Shown here: piece after piece, positions 56,386 through 63,921 of the stretch | Position numbering within the stretch: the first letter of the stretch is position 1 | Layout of the letters: the number at the start of each line of letters is the position of its first letter | IMG/VR virus record: IMGVR_UViG_3300035070_003385 | Span: 1-64,000 of that record | Direction: 5' to 3' (one strand) | From: a virus | DNA length: 64,000 bases | Program-made: the position numbers and the translations under genes | Notes under the pieces: generated by a model | What the model was told of the DNA's origin: nothing | What the model saw: the letters and a program-made list of their open reading frames with translations, nothing else | Database searches by the model: none

Positions 56386-56432
56386 TTTGTTTCTCCACAC
56401 ATCACAGATTCTTCCTTTGATGTAACTAATAT

Positions 56433-56461
56433 ATTATAACACCAGTTGTTGAGTTTGTCAA
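56433..56461 (-). promoter_or_regulatory. Early sigma70-type promoter (perfect consensus)
   Basis: TTGACA-N17-TATAAT. Confidence 0.88.
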
Positions 56462-56464
56462 CCC

Positions 56465-57109
56465 CTAATCCCACAAATTTTCGTAATATTTACCAAATAG
56501 TTTCAGTCCATTTGATATACGTTTCTGGTGTGCTTTTCTTCCCTTAGGATCTTCCCATACTAATTTGTAACCACCCAGAAATCCATCACCGGCGCCCTCT
56601 TCAAACTTATAATAATCAGATTCCCAATCATCAAGACACTTTTGCTCAAAGGCCCATATCATTTCATCAAGTACATAGTCCCAACGTTTAAAATAGTTAT
56701 TATCAGGCAACCATCCATTCTCTTTGGGCGGAGCTGATGTGGATTTCAATTCCTTTGGTACATCCTTATCATCAACAGATGGTGCACCATGTTTAGTTTC
56801 TTTTAATTGTTTTAACATAGGCAGAATAATCAAAGAAAGAGTGTCATCCACTGACCACGTATCATAGCTATCAATACGGATTTTTACTCTACGTTGCTTA
56901 CGATCTAAATATAGATTAATGGTATGGTTATAGATCCATTGCAGAGTATCTTCTAGATTGCGAAGAAATGCTTCTTTAAATGGTTCAACCTTATTGTTTA
57001 AACCTTTTTGTCCGTACTCAGGCCAATAATGACCATAATGCTTAATCATATAATTGGTATATACGCTGCTTGTCCAACGATATACGTATGGTCCAATATT
57101 AACTTTCAT
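56465..57109 (-). CDS. Conserved phage hypothetical protein
   Basis: Start moved to MKVNIGPY (ATGA overlap); DTWSVDDTL...WDYVLDEMIWAF...GLKLFGKYYENLWD. Confidence 0.8.
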   Translation of the reverse strand: MKVNIGPYVYRWTSSVYTNYMIKHYGHYWPEYGQKGLNNKVEPFKEAFLRNLEDTLQWIYNHTINLYLDRKQRRVKIRIDSYDTWSVDDTLSLIILPMLKQLKETKHGAPSVDDKDVPKELKSTSAPPKENGWLPDNNYFKRWDYVLDEMIWAFEQKCLDDWESDYYKFEEGAGDGFLGGYKLVWEDPKGRKAHQKRISNGLKLFGKYYENLWD

Positions 57110-57300
57110 CCCCAGTCCTCCAATGTGCTTTTCAGTCCTTTTAAAACATGTTCCAACTTTTCCGCATCTAATGTACGACAAGATGTGATCTGATTTGGAC
57201 GGAACGTTCTGCCTTCATCAGTTTCTTCTGTGCGGTCAAGCAATACAAATAGTTCTTTTACCAGAACATCATACTGTTGTGCTTTACTTGTTAGGCTCAT
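57106..57300 (-). CDS. Hypothetical protein
   Basis: Start moved to MSLTSKAQQY with AAGGA SD. Confidence 0.7.
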   Translation of the reverse strand: MSLTSKAQQYDVLVKELFVLLDRTEETDEGRTFRPNQITSCRTLDAEKLEHVLKGLKSTLEDWG

Positions 57301-57314
57301 GTTTCTTTCCTTAC

Positions 57315-57563
57315 TTAGAAAGTTGCTTTGAATTGTATTGGGCAGTCTTGTGAAGGGCAAACATATCCCATTGGGCCATTCCATTTCATGCCGCATTTAC
57401 GACAAGTGGTTAGCGCAAAGTAGGTTGGATCATGATCGGAGGGTGGCGGTTTATACGGTGATGGCTGAATAGGAACATCTTTTCTCAACAAATATTTAAT
57501 GATCCACTCAAGGTCACGTTCAATCTTATCTAATCTTCGGATATATTCGTCTTTATCGCTCAT
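57315..57563 (-). CDS. Hypothetical protein with a C-terminal Zn-ribbon-like motif
   Basis: CRKCG...CPSQDC. Confidence 0.7.
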   Translation of the reverse strand: MSDKDEYIRRLDKIERDLEWIIKYLLRKDVPIQPSPYKPPPSDHDPTYFALTTCRKCGMKWNGPMGYVCPSQDCPIQFKATF

Positions 57564-57835
57564 TTCATATCCAATCCTTCTTCACAACTACAAGTATAAT
57601 ATTCTACAGTGTCTTCGGGATACCACACAATACATTCTTTAGCCACCCACTCAGTATATGGGATCAAACCTAAGAACTTGTTACGCACTTTTTGATATTC
57701 ATATGTGACACCCAAGCGAGTTACACTTTTACACTCTGGTAACAAATCCACCGGTTCGTATTCCAACCATTCAGCTGGGCAGAATTTGCTGGCATAAACT
57801 TTTTTATAGGCTTGTGCTTTACTTGTTTTACTCAT
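57560..57835 (-). CDS. Hypothetical protein
   Basis: Coupled ORF. Confidence 0.7.
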   Translation of the reverse strand: MSKTSKAQAYKKVYASKFCPAEWLEYEPVDLLPECKSVTRLGVTYEYQKVRNKFLGLIPYTEWVAKECIVWYPEDTVEYYTCSCEEGLDMK

Positions 57836-57980
57836 TTGTTTTCACCTCTAGCCATTCACGACAGATTTTAATATAATGATCTCTCTGCCACTTAACTTTC
57901 TCATGTGACAGTTCAGGACGATCAATAGCAATATATTGTATCAACTGTTCAGCAGTCAATGCTTTTGTATATGCGCTCAT
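57828..57980 (-). CDS. Hypothetical protein (50 aa; not in ORF track)
   Basis: MSAYTKALTAEQLIQYIAIDRPELSHEKVKWQRDHYIKICREWLEVKTNE*; TAATG coupling. Confidence 0.7.
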   Translation of the reverse strand: MSAYTKALTAEQLIQYIAIDRPELSHEKVKWQRDHYIKICREWLEVKTNE

Positions 57981-58159
57981 TACGGATTCTCTTTAATCCA
58001 AACACATTCTGAAATATCTTCAGGCGTGTCGTACATACGCTTACACTGTTCATAAGGATGACTCCAACTACCTAGTGATGTTCCGATACCAAGTGCTATA
58101 CCTATCCAAAAAAACTGCTTAAACCCTTGTTTGAAGTCACGCCAAAATGTTTTAATCAT
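57980..58159 (-). CDS. Small membrane protein (59 aa; not in ORF track)
   Basis: MIKTFWRDFKQGFKQFFWIGIALGIGTSLGSWSHPYEQCKRMYDTPEDISECVWIKENP*. Confidence 0.7.
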   Translation of the reverse strand: MIKTFWRDFKQGFKQFFWIGIALGIGTSLGSWSHPYEQCKRMYDTPEDISECVWIKENP

Positions 58160-58404
58160 TTTTCTTTCCTTACTTTAGTCCAAGGGGTTGACCACGTCAT
58201 ACACGCCCACCATAAACACAGTGATACATGAGGTCCATCATAATACATATATTCATATCCAATAAAGCGATTCTCTTTCTTTTCAATCCGGTCAAACCAA
58301 TAGAAGTAATAGAAGTAATGATCAGTTCCGAGTGTTTTCTCAGACTGCCACCATTCAATGCCATTCCATTTGAGTTTGAACTTCCAAGGATACTGTTTCA
58401 TCAT
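58156..58404 (-). CDS. Aromatic-rich hypothetical protein
   Basis: GGAG SD; W/Y/F-rich. Confidence 0.65.
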   Translation of the reverse strand: MMKQYPWKFKLKWNGIEWWQSEKTLGTDHYFYYFYWFDRIEKKENRFIGYEYMYYDGPHVSLCLWWACMTWSTPWTKVRKEK

Positions 58405-58423
58405 TTTTCTCCGTAATCAACAG

Positions 58424-59095
58424 TTATTTTACAAGATTAAAGTGGCGTTCGTAAACATGTAGGTTCATTACCTGCCAAGTAAGATCACCTTTTGTGATTT
58501 CATATCCTGCTTGATGCAAATCACTAACAGCACGATCCATAAGATGTTGAGCCCAAGCATAATCGTTCTTGTAACCAAAGACTACATCATTTGATCGCAT
58601 TTGAGATACCATATGCAACTTACCATCACGGATATAGAATGTTTGTGCATTGGTACAGATGAAATCAGACTTGCCACCTTCGTTGAATTCAACCCAGATT
58701 GATGGGCGATTGTAAATCATTTGAGCACGACGGCTATCTGGATTTGCAATCAGCTCATCAATTGCGTTATAATATTGATTATAAAACTTTGGCGAATTAA
58801 CTAGGTGGCCATAGTTCGAATTAATATTACCATGTGTATCTGCTGCGTATTTCCAAGCTGCAGGTGGTTCTTTACCTGCACCATGAATATCATAAATGTT
58901 AATAGATCCGCTTTCATACCAAGCCAACTCAGCATCAATATATTCCTGTTTTGGAGTACCAAAGATTGAAGGCTCGTCGGCAATAAAACTTGCACCTAGA
59001 ATTTCAATAGTTTTCTGACCAGTTTTATCGGTCGTAAACCGTTCTGCCTTGAGTTCTTCAATAAAATAGTTACGAATATCATTTACTTTTTGCAT
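58424..59095 (-). CDS. gp42: dCMP hydroxymethyltransferase (T4 gp42-like)
   Basis: Colinear with T4 gp42: DKTGQKTIEILGASFIADEP, ELAWY, INSNYG, NPDSRRA, DFICTN, MRSNDVVFGYKNDYAW (cytosine-specifying Asp), LHVYERHF. Confidence 0.92.
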   Translation of the reverse strand: MQKVNDIRNYFIEELKAERFTTDKTGQKTIEILGASFIADEPSIFGTPKQEYIDAELAWYESGSINIYDIHGAGKEPPAAWKYAADTHGNINSNYGHLVNSPKFYNQYYNAIDELIANPDSRRAQMIYNRPSIWVEFNEGGKSDFICTNAQTFYIRDGKLHMVSQMRSNDVVFGYKNDYAWAQHLMDRAVSDLHQAGYEITKGDLTWQVMNLHVYERHFNLVK

Positions 59096-59580
59096 TATGC
59101 GTATTCCTTATAGTTAGAAAAGCTGTACTTTGTAATCTCATTATACAACTTATCGCTACGAATGTCAACAATTTTTGTAAATGTTTCTAATGGAAAAAGT
59201 GCAACCAACCTTCCATCGTGTTGATTTACAATAAATTCAAAATCGCGTTTTCCTAACGGCGCAGCTTCCCATAGGGTAACCGCGCTATCTTTGCCAGGAT
59301 TTTGAACTACGATAAGTCGTTCTACATTCATACATTTGTTGAGTTGGTTTTTTGTGATCCTACCGTTTCGCGTATTATATACAGGTATGGAAAAAGAATT
59401 AAATTTATGATATAGAGTCTCGAACTTTACTTCTGTTCGAACTCCATTGATAAACATATCTTTTTCTTGATCGTATGGATCTGTCGACATTTCAACCGTA
59501 TCGCCTTGCATCGTGAAATAGTCAGACACAACCGTTTCGGCAATGTCACCAAGAATTTTTTGTGATTTGGCTCTATTCAT
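59095..59580 (-). CDS. PD-(D/E)XK-type nuclease-like protein
   Basis: GDIAETVV...DQEKDMF...TEVKFE motif. Confidence 0.6.
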   Translation of the reverse strand: MNRAKSQKILGDIAETVVSDYFTMQGDTVEMSTDPYDQEKDMFINGVRTEVKFETLYHKFNSFSIPVYNTRNGRITKNQLNKCMNVERLIVVQNPGKDSAVTLWEAAPLGKRDFEFIVNQHDGRLVALFPLETFTKIVDIRSDKLYNEITKYSFSNYKEYA

Positions 59581-59885
59581 TTTTTAAACCTATCATCGGT
59601 AGATGGATCGCCTTCGATCGTAGTCATTACAAGGATCATCATTTGCGTAAGAGCATGCGACAAGTGTGGTAAACCGGACTCAGGGTCTTCATCTTCACCT
59701 GACATATATGCCATAAGATGTCGTTGAATAGACGAATAATGCCGAGAGACAGGAAATTTGTCAATGTCCTGCCGCCAATTGTTTTCACCATACTTTTTTG
59801 CGCCAAAGCCAAAGACCCGAGCAGCTTCAATGATAGCCTCAGGTGGTACTAAGTGGATCTTTGGTTTACCTTCGTCATACTTCAT
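59577..59885 (-). CDS. DUF5664 / dATP-dGTP diphosphohydrolase-family nucleotide pyrophosphatase
   Basis: KYDEGKP...GAKKYGENNW...RHL...DPESGLPHLSHA. Confidence 0.88.
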   Translation of the reverse strand: MKYDEGKPKIHLVPPEAIIEAARVFGFGAKKYGENNWRQDIDKFPVSRHYSSIQRHLMAYMSGEDEDPESGLPHLSHALTQMMILVMTTIEGDPSTDDRFKK

Positions 59886-60390
59886 TACGAGAACCTCTAC
59901 CTTTAATTTCGTTATTCATTATAGGTTGAAAATGTTGGATTGATGCGTCCTCGATAATAGGAGCAATACTCAGATCACCATATTCGACCGTATTAATATA
60001 TTGTATCACAACATCCATAGAATGTAAACCATTTTGTTTTAGATATTCCCGATATTTACGACCTGAAGATTCATGCTGTTCATCAGGACGGCGGAACGAA
60101 CGAGTATGGTTACCTTGCCGCAGATGAATAGAGCTTGTCTTTCCATCGGTCTTACCAACATACAGGATTTTTCCTGTTTTCTTTTCAACCCAACGATAGA
60201 TACCCTTTGCGTAGTTTGCAGCAATGCGGTTTCCATCTTTAATGTGTGGAGTTAAAATCTCAGTTTCAAAACCAGAGTCGGTTTTTGAAAGACGGATTTC
60301 TCCATAGGATTTCGCTTCCGCCCAATAGTCTTCAATTTCGTTAAAGACAGTCTGTTCTATAATAGCGGCAAGTGATTGCAATTTAGACAC
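59875..60390 (-). CDS. GIY-YIG endonuclease, DenA/endonuclease II-like
   Basis: GIYRW...LYVGKT...R; C-terminal IEDASIQHFQPIMN resembles EndoII EExLFIKLFNPPWN; GTG start. Confidence 0.7.
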   Translation of the reverse strand: MSKLQSLAAIIEQTVFNEIEDYWAEAKSYGEIRLSKTDSGFETEILTPHIKDGNRIAANYAKGIYRWVEKKTGKILYVGKTDGKTSSIHLRQGNHTRSFRRPDEQHESSGRKYREYLKQNGLHSMDVVIQYINTVEYGDLSIAPIIEDASIQHFQPIMNNEIKGRGSRNEV

Positions 60391-60410
60391 TGTGAATATC
60401 CTATTTATTA

Positions 60411-60686
60411 TTAAGTACGGTTATAAACGTATACGTCAGCAGAAGTAGCCATCCCAAGTGGCAATGCTTGATGATAGCGGCGTGACTGGCGGGGTCCGCG
60501 ACCTTGTAGCTTAACGTATTTCTGTGGAGCGGAAAAGCGGTACTTACGATACTCAGCATTACGATTTTTAATAATATTGCGCATTTCTTCAACAGATTCT
60601 TTATCTTCAGGGGCGATTTGCCCATTAACCATTTTAACGGTAAAGCGGTAAGAAGTGGATGTGCGATTTGCAGACGTGATTTTCAT
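60411..60686 (-). CDS. Basic hypothetical early protein
   Basis: AAGGA SD; first gene after the promoter at 60717. Confidence 0.75.
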   Translation of the reverse strand: MKITSANRTSTSYRFTVKMVNGQIAPEDKESVEEMRNIIKNRNAEYRKYRFSAPQKYVKLQGRGPRQSRRYHQALPLGMATSADVYVYNRT

Positions 60687-60716
60687 GTATGTATTCCTTT
60701 TTCATTTGATATATAC

Positions 60717-60745
60717 AATATAACTGATTCGCGATAAAATGTCAA
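60717..60745 (-). promoter_or_regulatory. Early sigma70-type promoter
   Basis: TTGACA-N17-TATATT. Confidence 0.8.
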
Positions 60746-60824
60746 TAGGTAATTTCAAAATAGCTACAAAAATCTCTAACGTCATACCGATTTACTTTGT
60801 GCATATGCGCGATTTAGATAGATT

Positions 60825-60832
60825 TATAAATA
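60825..60832 (+). promoter_or_regulatory. Late promoter TATAAATA driving the plus-strand island
   Basis: Exact motif 77 nt upstream of the ATG at 60909. Confidence 0.6.
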
Positions 60833-60908
60833 GTTATGATCTATACAATTAGCCGTTTTGAATTATATTATTAATTATAATTATTTAGTCAAATCAGGTT
60901 TATATAAA

Positions 60909-61391
60909 ATGATTGATCCGATTACAGCAATTACCGCTGCCACCGCTGCATTTAATACAGTCAAAAAATTTGTTCACGCTGGGCAAGAATTTGAAAACGT
61001 AGCAGGACAACTTGGTAAGTGGTATACAGCAGCGGCCGACTTTAGACATGCCCAGGCTGAAAGTAAAAACCCTCCAATTTTTAAAAAATTATTTCAAGCT
61101 GGAAGCGTTGAAGAAGAAGCGTTAGCAATCTTAATTCACGAAAAAAAATTAGTTGAACAAGAAAAAGAATTAGCACAATTACTTAATATGCGTTTTGGTT
61201 GGGGTACTATGGACGAACTCAAACAAATGAGAAGAAAAATTCGTGCCCAAAGACAAGAAACAGTATATAAACAAATTGAAAGAAAAAAAGCTTTAATGGA
61301 TGGGATTGTAGTCACAATCTTAATTACACTTTGCATAGCATTAATAATAGGTGGTGGTTGGCTAATAGGAATAGGTGCAGGATTGTGGTAA
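60909..61391 (+). CDS. Coiled-coil protein with a C-terminal transmembrane helix
   Basis: MIDPITAITAATAAF...; C-terminal GIVVTILITLCIALIIGGGWLIGIGAGLW. Start moved to 60909. Confidence 0.8.
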   Translation: MIDPITAITAATAAFNTVKKFVHAGQEFENVAGQLGKWYTAAADFRHAQAESKNPPIFKKLFQAGSVEEEALAILIHEKKLVEQEKELAQLLNMRFGWGTMDELKQMRRKIRAQRQETVYKQIERKKALMDGIVVTILITLCIALIIGGGWLIGIGAGLW

Positions 61392-61576
61392 TATTATTAC
61401 TATATTCTGTCACTCTTTCTCATGCATGGATTAACAATAGCAATACTTTAGTAAAAATATGCAGATATACTGTTGCAAACGAAACAAGCATATATACTAA
61501 ACCAAGCCACAATCCTAGACAAATATCAATACATTATATGAGCAGTTGCCCAAAGACGCTCAGAGTTAAAAAATAA
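61385..61576 (+). CDS. Small secreted-type protein (signal peptide, two Cys)
   Basis: GTG start overlapping the upstream stop: MVILLLYSVTLSHAW...C...C. Confidence 0.55.
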   Translation: MVILLLYSVTLSHAWINNSNTLVKICRYTVANETSIYTKPSHNPRQISIHYMSSCPKTLRVKK

Positions 61577-61577
61577 G

Positions 61578-61694
61578 TTAAATTAATTTGTGTTGTTTCC
61601 ATTCAACTCTTATATAGTTTGCGTCGAGAATATCCCTGTATTCCATTGCATCAAGCACACAATTAAAATGTTTACCGTTAATAATGTAAAGCAT
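61578..61694 (-). CDS. Hypothetical protein (38 aa; not in ORF track)
   Basis: MLYIINGKHFNCVLDAMEYRDILDANYIRVEWKQHKLI*. Confidence 0.55.
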   Translation of the reverse strand: MLYIINGKHFNCVLDAMEYRDILDANYIRVEWKQHKLI

Positions 61695-61702
61695 TCTTAA
61701 TA

Positions 61703-61975
61703 TTAACCCCAATCCTTAAAATCTTGATTAATAGTTTCGTTATATTCATAACCTGCATAATATGCTTCTTTTTCAATAACAGTCAAATCAGTAATTTTTT
61801 CTGATCTGTTAGTTCCACCAACAAAATAATGCGGTTCACGTGAACGCCTATAATAACTATCGGCTGATCCTCGGTCGAAAGGTCCTCCATGTCTAGTATC
61901 GTCAGATCCATGTTCAACATCGTACACTCTAGATTTGAATTCATATGTTTGCGATTTTGGACAATATCTTGGCAT
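61703..61975 (-). CDS. Conserved marine-phage hypothetical protein
   Basis: Start moved to MPRYCPK (TAATG overlap); RHGGPFDRGSADSYY motif. Confidence 0.75.
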   Translation of the reverse strand: MPRYCPKSQTYEFKSRVYDVEHGSDDTRHGGPFDRGSADSYYRRSREPHYFVGGTNRSEKITDLTVIEKEAYYAGYEYNETINQDFKDWG

Positions 61976-62202
61976 TAGTAAATGACCTCCATTCCAGTAA
62001 AACCTTCTTGAGTCCAGCCACGAACGACTGCATGGGCTGCGACCATATGAATATAGTCCATATGCGGCCAATGGCCTTCTTTCAAAGCCCACGTTTTCAT
62101 ATCAGATTGAACATCAATTGATTGCTTACCTCCAACTAATTCGGGGTTAACGCGGCGGATTTCTTCTTCGATGAACATATCATCCATTATGCGTTGATTC
62201 AT
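61975..62202 (-). CDS. Hypothetical protein
   Basis: TAATG-coupled ORF. Confidence 0.7.
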   Translation of the reverse strand: MNQRIMDDMFIEEEIRRVNPELVGGKQSIDVQSDMKTWALKEGHWPHMDYIHMVAAHAVVRGWTQEGFTGMEVIY

Positions 62203-62480
62203 TATGCTGCCTCCATACCAAGATAATCTGTTTTTAAAACTTGTAGGCGGTCGTATGCGACGTTCAAGTCATGTTCAGCGGATAATATTTTCACACATTC
62301 TTCAATATGATGGAATTCATAGAAAGTTTCTAAATCCCAGGCTATATCTGAAGTGATAGAATTCCAATTAATAGAACCACCAGCGTTAATGTTTTCTTTG
62401 CTTTCAACAGCAATATCAAACGCAGCGATGATATCACTGTGGATTGCTGAACCATTTGGAAAATGTACGATTCTAGACAT
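62202..62480 (-). CDS. Hypothetical protein
   Basis: AAGGA SD; first gene after the promoter at 62515. Confidence 0.75.
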   Translation of the reverse strand: MSRIVHFPNGSAIHSDIIAAFDIAVESKENINAGGSINWNSITSDIAWDLETFYEFHHIEECVKILSAEHDLNVAYDRLQVLKTDYLGMEAA

Positions 62481-62514
62481 AAGACTGATTCCTTTTGTTT
62501 TACCTTATAGAATC

Positions 62515-62543
62515 AATATAAACTAATTAAAAAAGAATGTCAA
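62515..62543 (-). promoter_or_regulatory. Early sigma70-type promoter
   Basis: TTGACA-N17-TATATT. Confidence 0.8.
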
Positions 62544-62599
62544 CAATTAATTTCAGTTATAATGCATTATTTTGTTATGATTAAAAACTTTATGATTTA

Positions 62600-62848
62600 T
62601 TAATCATAACCTCTTACCGCAACTTTATCAATATCTTCATCTTCATTTATGATCGTATCTGCACGAGCCTTGTACGCGGCTTCAAATCCTGCTTCGTGAA
62701 TATAATTTTCGTTATTACCCCAAAGCCTTTTAAAATATGAATCATAAATTTTTTCTACTTCTGAGTCAGACCATGACGAATCAATAAGTTTGCCTTTAAT
62801 CATCCAATAATAACGATTAGCTTCTTTACGAATGCGTGGGCTACACAT
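62600..62848 (-). CDS. Hypothetical protein (82 aa)
   Basis: AGGAG SD lies within an upstream hairpin. Confidence 0.75.
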   Translation of the reverse strand: MCSPRIRKEANRYYWMIKGKLIDSSWSDSEVEKIYDSYFKRLWGNNENYIHEAGFEAAYKARADTIINEDEDIDKVAVRGYD

Positions 62849-62891
62849 AAAAAATCTCCTACCGATTATACTTTTATTTATCGGTAGGAGA
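62849..62891 (-). terminator. Intrinsic terminator-like hairpin after pstS that also sequesters the next SD
   Basis: TCTCCTACCGAT-13 nt loop-ATCGGTAGGAGA-TTTTTT-ATG; perfect 12-bp stem. Confidence 0.75.
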
Positions 62892-62946
62892 CATAATTGT
62901 TATAAGTATCGCGCCATGTTATCGATAACATGCAACATAATGTTAC

Positions 62947-63921
62947 TTATTTGTTTGCCACTTTTGCTTGTGTGGTTGCTAGTTCTGGGTCGCTCACTAG
63001 ACCATATTGTGCTAATGGGCCGGATGGTCCTGCAATACCATCTGCTACAAAGAAACGAACATAGTCATACAATCCTGGGATTGTGCCTGCGTGTGCGTCT
63101 TTCACATAGAAGAACAATGGACGACTAACCGGATATTCAGCACTTGCGACGGTGGCTGCGCTTGGGCGAACACCATTAATAGTTGCTACTTCAATAATGT
63201 CTGTGTTGTTTTCATAGAACGCTAGTCCAAATACACCAAATGAGTTTTGGTTAGAAGAAATATTTGCTAGTGTTTCTGTATAGTCACCGTCAATGTCAAT
63301 ACTACGACTATCTGTGCGGGTTTTAATGCACATGGATTCTGCTTCATCTTCACCGTGCGCCGCTTCAAACTTCTCAAAGTCACCTACTGCTTCACAGCCT
63401 AATAATAGAACCTTTTCTTCAAATACTTCACGTGTTCCGTGCTTGGTGCCTGGGATAAACATTTTGATTTCATATGCTGGGAAACTTGGATCCACTTGAT
63501 CCCATGTTGTTAGTTCACTGCGATTGTTGAGTGCAAGGTAGATATGCGCTGGTGTAAATGCAAACCGTTCATCTTCGATTGAGTTGGCAAATACAATACC
63601 GTCATAACCAAACATAACTTCTGTTATTTCTGTTACGCCATTGTCTGCACATACCTTTACTTCTTTTGGTTTGATAGGACGACTTGAGTTTGCAATGTCG
63701 ATTGTGTTTTCGCCTACGCCCGTGCAGAATCGTTTCATACCCGAACTTGATCCGCCTGATTCAACAACTGGTGTTGGGAAGTCAAAGTTTTCACCAAATG
63801 CTTCTGCTACGATTGAAGCATATGGTAGGACAGTCGAACTGCCTGCAATCTGAATATTGTCTCGTGCTGATACAGTTGTTGCAGCCAATGCAATCCCTGC
63901 GGCTAAAATAAGATTTTTCAA
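62947..63921 (-). CDS. pstS: Phosphate ABC transporter substrate-binding protein PstS (auxiliary metabolic gene)
   Basis: Signal peptide MKNLILAAGIALAATTVSA; IAGSSTVLPY, ESGGSSSG, IANSSR, GYDGIV, YPVSRPLFFYVK. TTG start at 63921 with AAGGA SD. Confidence 0.93.
   Translation of the reverse strand: MKNLILAAGIALAATTVSARDNIQIAGSSTVLPYASIVAEAFGENFDFPTPVVESGGSSSGMKRFCTGVGENTIDIANSSRPIKPKEVKVCADNGVTEITEVMFGYDGIVFANSIEDERFAFTPAHIYLALNNRSELTTWDQVDPSFPAYEIKMFIPGTKHGTREVFEEKVLLLGCEAVGDFEKFEAAHGEDEAESMCIKTRTDSRSIDIDGDYTETLANISSNQNSFGVFGLAFYENNTDIIEVATINGVRPSAATVASAEYPVSRPLFFYVKDAHAGTIPGLYDYVRFFVADGIAGPSGPLAQYGLVSDPELATTQAKVANK

Noticed and set aside
58424-59095. Thymidylate synthase (thyA) call
   Set aside because: The sequence is colinear with T4 gp42 and has Asp (KNDYAW) at the position where thymidylate synthases have the dUMP-specifying Asn.
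59577-59885. Z-genome (2-aminoadenine) or 7-deazaguanine pathway implied by DUF5664
   Set aside because: No purZ, queC/D/E, folE or dpdA in the window, and the neighbouring genes point to cytosine modification.
59095-60390. Intron- or intein-associated homing endonucleases
   Set aside because: The flanking genes are intact and translationally coupled with no split host gene, so they are treated as free-standing nucleases (a homing role is not excluded).
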